DNA of 64,000 nucleotides. It comes from Octopus vulgaris (Eukaryota). Positions within the stretch are counted from its first letter, which is position 1; the number at the start of each line of letters is the position of its first letter. Both the position numbers and the translations under genes were made by a program. Below are positions 12,386-24,400 of the stretch, in pieces. The notes under the pieces are model-generated. The model did not search any database, was not told where the DNA came from, and worked only from the letters and a program-made list of their open reading frames with translations. Location: contig OX597814.1 of the NCBI GenBank assembly GCA_951406725.2, forward strand, positions 103,292,001 through 103,356,000, given 5' to 3'.

Positions 12386-13087
12386 GATGCTTGTAATGTA
12401 TATGTTATCAAAATAAAGTCAGAAATTGTTGAATATGCTCAAAACTGTCATTTCTTTCAAGTGTTGGGGTTTTAAGAATCTTAGGTAACCAGTCTGAAAA
12501 GTAATATTAATAAATTACAGCCCACATTTTTTCAATTTGGCTCTTTGAAAATTCTTCCAAATTTGTTTTAAACATCTGAGATCATGGCTTTTGAAACAAA
12601 AGTCAAAATTTAGAAAATTAGAATGTTTAGGGAGCTAAATTGCTTTTTAACTTATTTTTCTTGCAGACACAGCCAAAAAATTAGTTTTTGAGCAGGAATT
12701 CTTATACAGATCTTGAAATTTCTCAGTGCAAAATAATATTTTCAACTAAATATCATTTTATATACTAATGATATGCTATCATTTTATATACTAAGATACA
12801 ATTCTAACTGTACAAAGAGATGCAGTGATGTTATAAACTTTCAATCTTGCTTTTGTCTTCATATCTTTTCTCTTCCCAACATTTTTTTTTTTTGCATTTC
12901 ACCTTTCTTCCCACTTCTTAATCTACTCTCATTATCACTTTATTGATTCAACTATTTGCACCTCTTTTTCTTTCTATCTTTATTAACACCAACACCACTG
13001 ACTGTGAGATTTCTCACTTTTGAATTCATAGAAATTAAGTCCAATGCAACCCCCACTTGATACGTTTTATCCATTCCAGTTTACATC

Positions 13088-13578
13088 TGTAGCGGTATCT
13101 GACATCCTCACTGTTTGAGATACGGCAGGAATGATCTCGTTTGAGATTACAGCCATCTTTGGCTGGGGTGTTCCTGTTGTGTCCACTGATCTGATTGGTT
13201 GACATGTGGCGCGATTTGTCTAATTATTTTGTGCCACTGTCCAAAGCCAACCAATCACGGCCTTCGGTAAGGTCTCATGATACCCTTTTTCCTAGGCGCT
13301 GTTGAGCCATCTTTCTTGTATAAATAGGCTTGCATTTTACTATTCTTCGTCTTTCGACTCCAGACCTTTTAAGGTCTAGTCACTGACCACAGAACTACTC
13401 AACATGTTCCAGTTCCAGCGACAGACGACCAGCCAGCAACGCCGCCAACCGGCTTGTCATCATTCATATATATTCTGTTGACACTGTATTGTATTATGGC
13501 TTATCTTATTTCGTTAGGGATGCAACCGTGTGACTTACGCATGTCACCAACCTCATCACATATGGTCGTATTCCTACA
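13088..13578 (+). mobile_element. Solo LTR (Gypsy-like), 491 bp
   Basis: Termini TGTAG...CTACA (inverted), flanked by 4-bp TSD CATC (13084-13087 and 13579-13582); internal CCAAT (about 13251) and TATAAATA (about 13319); CpG-rich. Confidence 0.8.
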
Positions 13579-14168
13579 CATCCATCAAAGCAAGTTTGCT
13601 GCCACATACCACCTCCGCTTCAATTGATATTCACCATTGACCATGTTTCCACACATGTTCACCACTCACTGCATCTCTGACATTCTCCTTCCACACATTT
13701 GCAAGCATACTTATCAACTAATACATACTGTCCAATCCTCAATATCACTTATCTTATATTCATCTTCCTGTAACTTGAGGTTATTCCCTGACACATCTCT
13801 CCCTTTTCTAATAGGTGTAACCATTGTATTTTCTCCCTGATAGCAAGATACTTGCTTCTGACCCTACTGCTCAACACCCTTTTAATTGCACGTGGGAGGG
13901 TGGTTCTTGTCTTGCAAGCTATTTGGTGACCTAACTGTACTGGTACCACATAAAAAGCAGCCAGTATAGCCTGAAATATGTTGGTTTTAGGAAAGGCATC
14001 CAGCTGCAGAAAACCTACCGAAACAGAGTTTGATTCTGTCTTCTGTCAACCAACCCAACTCATGCCAGCAAAGAAGAAAGACAAATAGGGACAATGACAC
14101 ACACATCTTTCACACAGTTGCTTAGGAACACACTTCGCAGAAAATGAGAAAAACAAACAGTAAAACAT

Positions 14169-14174
14169 TTTTAT
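14169..14174 (-). terminator. Candidate AATAAA polyadenylation signal for the distal ORC6 3' UTR
   Basis: Minus strand reads ttggaAATAAAaatgttttactgtttgttttttctc, with a GT/T-rich downstream tract; coordinates good to about 1 nt. Confidence 0.4.
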
Positions 14175-15812
14175 TTCCAACAGAATTTAATGTACAAAAT
14201 TAGAATACAGGAGAAAAGTAATATGAAAATGATCAACAACTCAAACTCTATGTGTGTGTGTGTGTTCATATCTGCTGCATGATGAAGAATTATCAAGTAA
14301 GGGAAGGGAGACAACAACTGCAGACACGATTTCTTATCTCTTCAGTGAAGCAAAGCAAATTTTGGGTTTTGGTCATTTTTTTTTCTTTAACAAGACTCAA
14401 ATGAAGAAGGCTTAAAAAAAAAAACCTACTACTTTGTTTTACACAACATTTAGTTTTGGATTTTATACCTAAACTAAACTAAAAAGTGGGTTACATTCTC
14501 AACAGATTCCAGAAATATTTTCACCTGTGACTGAAATTTGATTGAGAATTACAAAATATATTAGATCAGTAGTTTCATTCTATATACACCTTCTTGCCTA
14601 TATATAACCATAGCCATCACTCTCACAGACAAGTATGGCTTGGGAGTATGTACCATGCTTTCACTAATTGGTTAAAGTGCCTTTATAACCATAAGCAGAT
14701 ACAGACAAAACTATTGGCTCTTCTATCCTTCATCCAATTGAACACTGAAGATATGACAGCTTAAGGGAGAGAACCAACTTAGTCCAAAACTGGTACACAA
14801 TGCCAGTCAATGAAAGGAAGTGCCTTACCCAAGGACACACCATGTCACCTGCTCCAAGAATCAATCAAATCTGACTTTATGATAAACCCAATTCCTTGAC
14901 TATTAGGCCATGCACCTCCACTTTGTTGCTAAGAAGGAATGCATTCACTGCCTTTGTGAGTTCTATGATATCAAAGAAATTTTGACACAGATTTTACAAA
15001 ACTTCTTCCACAAGGATCAGATGTAAAGCCCGAAAGGTAACTATTTCCAGAAGCAAGAATTGTAACCATGGAAACCAGTGCCATCAATGTTCCTTAAAGC
15101 AGAGTTGGTTGCAATCATGACAACTCTTCAAAAATTTGTTAGGATACAAGGAGTGACACTGAGAGCTCCAGAGGTGGCACCAGCTGCTAGTCCCCAGTTT
15201 GGCTGAAACAGATCCTTTCGAAACAGTGATTCAAATCACATGTAACAACTCATTCTTCAGGTGTGTACAAGAAGACATCAACCCTTCTGAAGAAGAAAAT
15301 GGAGTAGGTGAACCAACGATTGACCGATGAACTGTTGTCAATGACAGCTAAGAACCTAATCCCAATGACATTGCAGATTTCATTACATTTTTCAAACGAT
15401 ATTCAAGAAGTTTGCATAAAACCTTTTGCATTCAATTGAAGTTTCATTGGAAATTCCATAACTTTAATTTTTCATTGGTGGGAGGAAGAAAAAAAAAAAA
15501 CATTTCTCAACAAAGAGAAGATTGTAATTTTAATTTAGGCAGCAACAATTAAAATAATGAATTCCTTTTGTCTGCAAGTGGAGGGACATAGTGAAACAGT
15601 TTACAATTGATACTGAGGTCAACCGAGAAGATGAAGCTGGCTAAGCCTTGTTTTCCATCGTTACACAGGAAATCTTTCCAACTCAAAAATGGTGAAGAAC
15701 TGCAGTGGAGAGTTCAAAGAATATGGAGTGTGCTGATATGACAGGAAGAATAATTAGAACAGCATTAAAGACATCCATGGAACATAGATGTTAAATGATG
15801 CTGATAATTCAT

Positions 15813-18800
15813 TCAGTTCTCACCTGGAAGACAATACAAAAAGAAATGAGAATATTTCCAATTATGGAGGAGATAAAAAGACAAAAAAACTTCAAATACA
15901 AATATTAAGCTTTAATCATTATCATGCGTCCATGCTGCCAACAAAGCACGCGGAGTTCTGTTTTTGATTCGACAGTCATTCGGAATGCTCACAGCAGCCA
16001 TATTCCTACCGCTCTATGTCACGCTGGTGAGATCCATATTGGAGTACAGGATTCAAGCCTCTTCTTATCTCCTCAAAGACATATATCATCTTGAAAGAGT
16101 CCAGAAGCTGGCTACCTGCATGGTTCTTGGTCTCAAGCATTTGTCCTATGAAGAAAGGCTGAAGACACTTGACCATTATTCTCTAGAAAAACGACGACGC
16201 CGTGGTGATCTCATTCATGCTCACAACATCATAAGCAGAAAGTGTAACCTCTCGAAAGAGCTGCTCTTCACTCCTGCTCCAGAGCGTTGGCTGTGGGGCC
16301 ACTCCGAAAAGCTCTATCTGCGACGATTTCATCTCAATCGGAGGAGAGGGGCTTTCTCTGTCCGGGTTGCAGATCCGTGGAATAAGCTGCCAGACGAGAT
16401 AGTGAAGATGCTGACGACCGCTCGGTTCAAAATCTCTCTTGACCAGAAATGGCCTGAACTCTTTGCATGAACACCCTCCCTGTACATAATTCCATGTTCC
16501 CCTACATGGCCTTGCTTTTTGCTTTTTGAGCAAAAAAATTAACTTAACTTAAATTCTACTTAAGATATAATACACACACACACTCGTCTCCTGCAACCAA
16601 GTTATAGTTAGCAATCAACATAAATACATATACTATACATATATACATACATATACACATATATACATATATATATACATACATACACAAATATACATAT
16701 ATATACATATACATAAACATATACATATATACATCATCATCGTTTAGCGTCCGCTTTCCATGCTAGCATGGGTCAGACGGTTCTGGGAAGGCTGCACCAG
16801 GCCCAGTCTGATTTGGCAATGTTTCTACAGCTGGATGCCCTTCCTAACGCCAACCACTCCGAGAGTGTAGTGGGTGCTTTTTACGTGCCACCGGCACGGA
16901 GGCCAGTTGGGGCGGCGCTGGCAACAGCCACGTTCAAATGGTTCTCTTACATGCCACCGGTACTGGTATCACAGCTACAATTTCCATTGATGTTGATCAT
17001 TTTGATTTTGATACATACACATACATATATACATACATATACACACATATATACATACATATACACACATATATATACACATACATATATACATATATAT
17101 ATATTGTTTCTAGAATAAGAATAGGATGAAGTTCAGAGAGCTACTACTTCTGATGGCAACACAAGGACTCTCACTCAGAGTGAAAGGTAGATTGTATGAT
17201 ACTTGTGTGAGAACGATTAGACTACATGGTAGTGAGATATTTGCAAAATTGGAGTCAATGAACGACAAAGCAGAACTGTGTTGAGTATAAGAGGGATTAA
17301 ATGTAGAACGCTGATGCCAGTGCTGCCTGACTGGCTCCTGGGCTGGTGACACATAAAAAGCACCCACTACACTCTTGGAGTGGTTGGCATTAGGAAGGGC
17401 ATCTAGCTGTAGATACCTTGCCAGATCAGATTGGAGCCTGGTGCGGCCTCCTGGCTTACCAGTCCCCAGTCAAACCATCCAATCCATGCCAGCATGGAAA
17501 ACGGACGTTAAATGATGATGATGGAATGGGAGCCAGACAGGTGGACCTGGAATCGACCACATTCGGATGGTGCTTTTTACGTGCTACTAGCATGGGAACC
17601 AGTCACGGGACACTGACCCCAGCTATGATATTGGTTTTACTTGACTCAACAGGTCTTATCAAGCATATCATGTCACCCAATGCGCCAGGGGTATCCTTAA
17701 CAGAGACGGACATGCAAGGCTGTGATCTCACTGTAGTTGCTGGGCTTTCTCAATCGCAGCATGTCTCCAAAGGTCCCAACCTCCTGTCATTGCCGCTGTG
17801 AAGCCCGATGTTTGAAGGTCATACTTTATATATACATATATAAAACATGTAATGCTAATAAACAGCTTTATACAACAAAAATATAATTCTGAAACTGGAT
17901 CAAGACATTAAAAATAAAGAGAATACAAAAAAAAAAAAATTTAATAAAATCCTCTTTTACAAATTGTAAGACTTACTTTCTGCTTTTGTTGCTGTTTCTA
18001 AAATTTTTCGCTTCCATTCTTCATAATTAAGAGCTGGTTCTTTAGTTTCAATCAATGCTTTCTTAGAAGTTGGTTCAAATTCTAGAAATTAAACCAATCA
18101 CAAAAAACATCAAACCAAAAATTGCTTGAAAGTGAAAATAATATTGGTCTGAAACTGAAATTGACAGAGAGAACTAGATTTTAAGCATATGTGGCCAATA
18201 CTTAAATCTTTGATGTGTGACACATGCAGAGAGTAGGTGTAGCAGCAGAGAAGCACAAGAATTGATGTCAAACAAAGAAATAGGGCGGGGAGAGGCTTTC
18301 AGTCATAGCAGCAATACAAGGGAGCCATCTAAGTCTTGACTATTTTAGGAATCACGTTTCCTTTGCATTGCTTAATCTCTGATGTACAACTGTGTTCTTG
18401 CATAGCTCCAAGTTGGTCCCGATTGAGCAAGTTGAAGGGATACGGACAATTGGCTAAACAACGAGGCAGACCTTTTGGCTTGATCTTCTCCAGTTGTAAC
18501 GAAGATTTTGTCAAGGTGAGGATCAGACTAAATACCCTGACATGCAAATATGAAACCATTTTAATGAGTCACAACTCCATGCAGCAGATTCAGGGTTCAA
18601 ACAATAGCTCAGTTACAGAAGAAACTAAGAATTGTAAGTCTTTTACCTCTGGATTTTGCATCAATTTCTTCAATAAAATTACGATGTTTCTTCCGCACAA
18701 CTACTTTTTCTTCACCTGAAAAATAAAAGAAACAATACTGAAATTAGTTTTGTCTTAGAATAATGTCTGCAGAATCAGAATAGAAATTTAGGCAAAGGTC

Positions 18801-21389
18801 GTTGCAAGCAGACAAGATTCATCATCATCATTTAATGTCCACTTTCCCTGCTGTCATGGGTTGGATGGTTTGACTGAGGACTGGCAAGCCAGGAGGATGC
18901 TCCAGGCTCCAATTTGATCTGGTAAGGTTTCTACAGTTGGATGCCCTTCCTAATGCCAACCACTCTGAGAGTGTAGTGAGTGCTTTTTATGTGCCACCAG
19001 CACGGGAGCCAGTCAGGGTGCACTGGCATCAACCAAGTTTCGATGGTGTGTTTTATGTGCCACCGGCATGGGGAGTCAGACCTGGCATCAACCCACACTT
19101 GAATGGTGCTTATTACATGCCACCAGCATGGGTGCCAGTCAGGCAGCACAGGCCACGATTTCGAGTTCACTTGACTCAACAGGTCTTCTCAAGCGCATCA
19201 AATTGCCTGATGCTTCAAGAGTACTTTGATATGGGTTGGTTATGCAACACTGGCATCGGCCATGGCTGCAATCTGATTTGACTTGCCAGGTCTTCTCAAT
19301 CACAGAATATCTCCAAAGGCCTCGGTCTCCTGTCATTGCCTCTGTAAGGCCCAACATCATGCTTCACCACCTCACCCCAGATCTTCCTAGGTTATATCTA
19401 GATTGGGGTTTCCCCTCAGTCCTTAACTGTAAATTTTCAACAAATAATCCAATATTTAGAAGTCTATATTCCCTTCTTCACCTATTCCTTTCATCTGGCA
19501 CCACAGAGGTAGAAACGTCACCAGACCAAATAATGGCAACATCAGAAATCATTGAAAATTCTAAGGTTTTTGTCACTTTTTCAATCTTAAGGTGAAGATG
19601 CAAACATTGTGGATTGTTGAGTCCCCCACCACCCTTTAACAACTGGTTGCTAACCATTTACCCCATGACTACCCATTCTTTAGATTGTCCAAACTTAACA
19701 AAACCAGGTTGAAATATTTACAAGGAAATTCCTTTACACAGGTCAGCCAATTTCTTAATCGTTTTGCATCCTTTTTTACCCACTAAACTTGTATGGTTTG
19801 GACAGGTCTTCCTTAGTGCAGCATCTTGCCACATGTCTCCTTCTCACTGGAGATGACCCCTTCCCCAATATAGCATCTCCCCACTTGTAGCAATCCTTTG
19901 TGTTGTTCAGTCTTTGGGGTTCAACTCAGTTTTATCACTTCTTCCTTGTCTTCAGATTCCTTCTATTTCAATTGCTATCCTCTGCACACATCACAGCTCT
20001 GTTTTCTATCAAATACATCATATCTGATGCCGTTTCTCTCAACCAATTTCTGCTCCATCATACACCAACGCAAATGTTTCACATGTAGCCAAGCATGTTT
20101 GTTCCATTTATTTGTACTCCTCACAAATCTCTAGTCAATAGCCATGTTTCACTACCATGTGGTATTGCTCTTCAAACACAATAAAATCTTCTGTGTTTAA
20201 GCCCATTACTGAGTAATGTCACTGTCCAAATACAATTATACGATCTGTCCATTCGTTGCCAGCAAAAGTAATGACTCCCTAAATTTTCTTTGTCAGCAGA
20301 AGTGGGTCAGCATAATTAATAAGAACAAAAGTCACTGCAATAAGCAAATAGGACCATATGTATTTTATGACACCACCAGCAGGGGAGAGGTTGTTTGTCA
20401 GGAGCAAAGTATCCCCTCTCTACATGGAGTGTAGCCACTGTCCTAGGCAGGTTTCTTTTGCTGTAGTTCACAGAACCCAATTCAAACCCATGCTAATGGA
20501 GTTACTGCTCATCTCGATGGTTGCTAGTGAGTCCAACTGCTCAACCAGGCTGTCTTCAACATGTTGCTTCAAGGAGTGCACAGCATAGGGTCAAAGAATA
20601 GTTAAGGGTGCTCTGTCTGATGATGGGGAGTGGGGGGTGCTTACAGTAGAATAGGTGTTTAGCGTGTGAATTCCTTGAGCTGAACTAAATAGGAAAAGGT
20701 TTCAATTGAAATACAACACTTTAATTACAAGTTTTAATGAAATAAAATAGACAGGAAAATAGAAGAGATGACCAATAAAAACTAATTAAGACACAGGTAA
20801 ATGACAATCGAGAAGCTGAATTGATTATTGTGACCTAATTTCAAATGAATCGTCAAAAATAACTTACTTTTTATATCCTCTGCATATTTTGTAAGCTGTT
20901 CAACAAGTCGGAGAAAAACAGTTTTCTTAACACTGCAAGTCTCTCGCAATTTAAGTCGGTCAATTTTATATTTATATTTTCTGAAAATAAATAACAAGAA
21001 GACGAATTGTTTCACTGATTCAGATGGTATTTTTCTTTACTCTCTAAACTCTCATTTGCCAATTATTGATCTGAAACAAATATACACAACATCTTGAATA
21101 ATTCCAAACATAGTCATTCTTTAATATGAACTATATAGTTGAACAACAGAAGCTATAGAAAACAGGTAAACCCTATGTTTTTAGCAGATTCTGAAGTGAT
21201 GAAGTTATGCCTAAGGTATCTTCATCACTTCTTTCTCCCAGTTTTGGAGGACTTCAAAATGGTCATTAAGGTTACTACAGGTATGAAAAACAGTAACAGA
21301 TCAACCAACTGGAACTGTCTGATAAGCCTTTGTTCATGTGGACTAACTTACTTTCTAATTCTGTCAGTCATATACCAATAATATACCGG

Positions 21390-21421
<32 letters not shown>

Positions 21422-24400
21422 CATTGTGTACAGTGCTCAGGTGCACTACAACTCATCTAAAGTGTATGTATAATCAGGTGTAGTTTCGGCAGATTTCGGA
21501 AAGCATGAGGGCCTTAAAGGATGCAGTGTCATGGCAGTCAACAACTGATGCAGGCAGTTTGTTCCATGCTTCAGCAACTCTGAGCGTGAAAAATGTTTCC
21601 GAAAGTCATGGGAGCTGTGTTGTTTTCTGACTTTGTAGGCATGTCCACGTGTGTTAGACACATGAAGATCAAAAAGGTGTTCAGTATTGTTGTTGGTGAG
21701 GTGGTTGATAACTTTGTGGGTGTTTACCAAGTCCATCGCCAGACGCCGGAGCTTCAGTGAATCCATGCCTAGGGAAACAAGGCGCTCAGAGTATGGTAGG
21801 TGTCTGATGGAGGGTATGCGTTTGGTTGTACGTCTCTGAACAGATTCCAGGAGGTCAATGTTCTGAGTAAGATAGGGGTTCCAAACTGATGATGTGAATT
21901 CCAAGTGTGGTCGTACCATAGCTGTATACAGTTTTAAATAGATGGCTGGAGAGCGGCTAACAAAAGTCTTGCTGAGTGATGCCAAGACACCTTCGGCCTT
22001 CTTGACAATTTTAGAGATATGCTTTGTCCAACGCAAATCACTGCTGACAGTGATGCCTAGGTCACGCTCGCATGAGGATTTCTTGATATCAGTGTTGTGG
22101 AGGGAGTATGTGGACGCAGGGTTTTTTTCTCCCAAAATGCATGGTGGTACACTTGTCAACAGCCAGTTTCAGTTGCCAGTCTGTGATCCATTGCTGCATT
22201 GTGTCCAGGTCTGATTGCAGGAAAGAGCTGTAGATAACAGGATCTGTCCTCTTCATTTCAAGGTACAGGTTGATGTCATCTGCATATTTCAATACTGTGG
22301 CATTCTTTAAATTGGCATCTATGTCATTAATGTATGCCACAAACAAGAGGGGACCAAGGACAGATCCCTGTGGTACACCCGATGACATCTCATATGGTGT
22401 AGAATGCTGTCCTAGAACTGTGACTACCTCCTTTCGGCTGAGAATGAAGGATTTCAACCAGTTAAAAAGATCATCCCTCACACCCATTGCAGAGAGTTTC
22501 ACCATAAGCCTTTTGTGTGGCACAGAGTTGAAAGCCTTAGCAAAGTCAAGGTAGACAACATCCACCAATGAGCCACTGTCAGTGATCTGAGTAATGTCCT
22601 CAAGGAACTCGACAAGCTGATCACTGCAGCTGGAGTTAGGGACAAATCCAAATTGTGAGGGTCGGATGAGACTGTGAGAGCTCCAGAAGTTCCAAGGTGT
22701 TTCTCTGACACACGATTCCATCAGTTTTGCAATACAGCTAGTGAGACTGACTGGGCGATAGTTGACAGGTGATGTGCGGTCGCCCTTTTTGAACAGAGGA
22801 ATGACACTGGCAGTTTTCCACTGCTCCGGAGTAGCACCATTGTTGAGACAGTACTGGAAAAAAATAGAAAGCTGGTGTAAAAGGAAGTACCTGCCACGTT
22901 TGAGAAGCAGGTATGTAACTCCATCAAGACCAGGGGAGGCATAGTTGCGCTTATTTTGAAGGTGACGTTGCAGCATTGCAGGTGTAAATTCCATAGTTGT
23001 TATGGAATTTGCTGTTAGAGATGGTGAAGATGGTACATTTTGACTTTCAACAGTGAATATGTCTGCATAGCACTTGGCAATGAGTTCTGCGCATTCTTTG
23101 GGATCGTCAGTGATCTGGTTTGTGTGAGGGTTGCGAAGAGGGCCCACTGGAGAGTGAGATCTCTGCTTCGAATGCACATATTTCCAAGGAAGCCCTTCAT
23201 ATGTGTGTGTCTTCATGCCTGTGTTTGTTCCCCACTGCCATTTGACAACTGGTGTTGGTGGGTTTACATCCCAAGTAACTTAGCAATTCGGCAAAAAGAG
23301 ACCGATAGAATATGATGTATCATCATCATTTAACGTCCGCTTTCCGTGCTAGCACGGGTTGGACGGTTCAACCAGGATCTGGGAAGCCAGGAGGCTGCAC
23401 CAGGCTCCAATCTGATCTGGCAGAGTTTCTACAGCTGGATGCCCTTCCTAACGCCAACCACTTTGAGAGTATAGTGGGTGCGTTTTACGTGCGACTGCAG
23501 GCTTTAAAATAATAAGTACTGGGATTCAATTCATTCAACTGAAAATTCTTCAAAGAGATGCCCCAGCATGGCCACACTCTAATAATTGAAACAAGATAAA
23601 AGCTGATGCAAGCAACTTACAGACAAGTAGCTTCAACTGCAGCAGCCAAGAAAAGTGTTGATCTGAAGTCAACGTCAGCACAACCATTCTTTACCATTTC
23701 TGACTGGTACCTGAAATAAAAGGCATGAAAACAGTTTAGCTTTTGTGGAGCTTTGTTTTGATGAGTGTTTTGCATCCATTATTGGCGCCAGCAATTCTGC
23801 AATTCTCAATTCCAAACATTGGCAGAGAATTCAATTCTTACTGGCAACAATCTCTCCGTTTCAATGAAGGCATGGAAAGGAGATTAAAAAACAACTTAGC
23901 ATCAAGCCACATTACTTCATTCTGAATGAATCTAAATGAGATATATATATATATATATATATCGTATATGTATCATCGGATACCCTCCCACCCTTATCTA
24001 CCATTCACTACATCCATCCCTCATCTTTTGCTCACCCATGCCTTTTTCAAACTTCTATCAACCCACAAATATGGTTCTTCTGTCCCCACTTCTACTCACA
24101 GGGCAAGTCTACTGAGGTGAACATTCAACTAAACTAGATTAAGTATAAACATACAATCCGACCATACCACGTTAAACGATGATGATGACAAGCTAAGCAC
24201 AATTTGAATAGGATAAGCTTTGCTTGTGTGTATGAAGGGGTACCCAAAAGTAAGCGGAAACATTCTCTGTGGGACAAGCCCAGTGTTGGAGATTAAGAAT
24301 ATGCAAAAATTTAAATTTTACCCCCACCATTTAAGATTTTGATTACTTTAAAGAGATTGTAGTGAATTGATGAACATACGCAAATTGAAACTAAATATAG

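Noticed and set aside
14940-15400. Coding-looking purine-rich stretch
   Set aside because: No ORF of 60 aa or more, no recognisable motif and no consistent splice sites; likely ORC6 3' UTR or decayed TE.
16938-17129. HTYI/TYIY-repeat ORFs, and SLSLSL ORFs at 3989-4383
   Set aside because: Translations of microsatellites.
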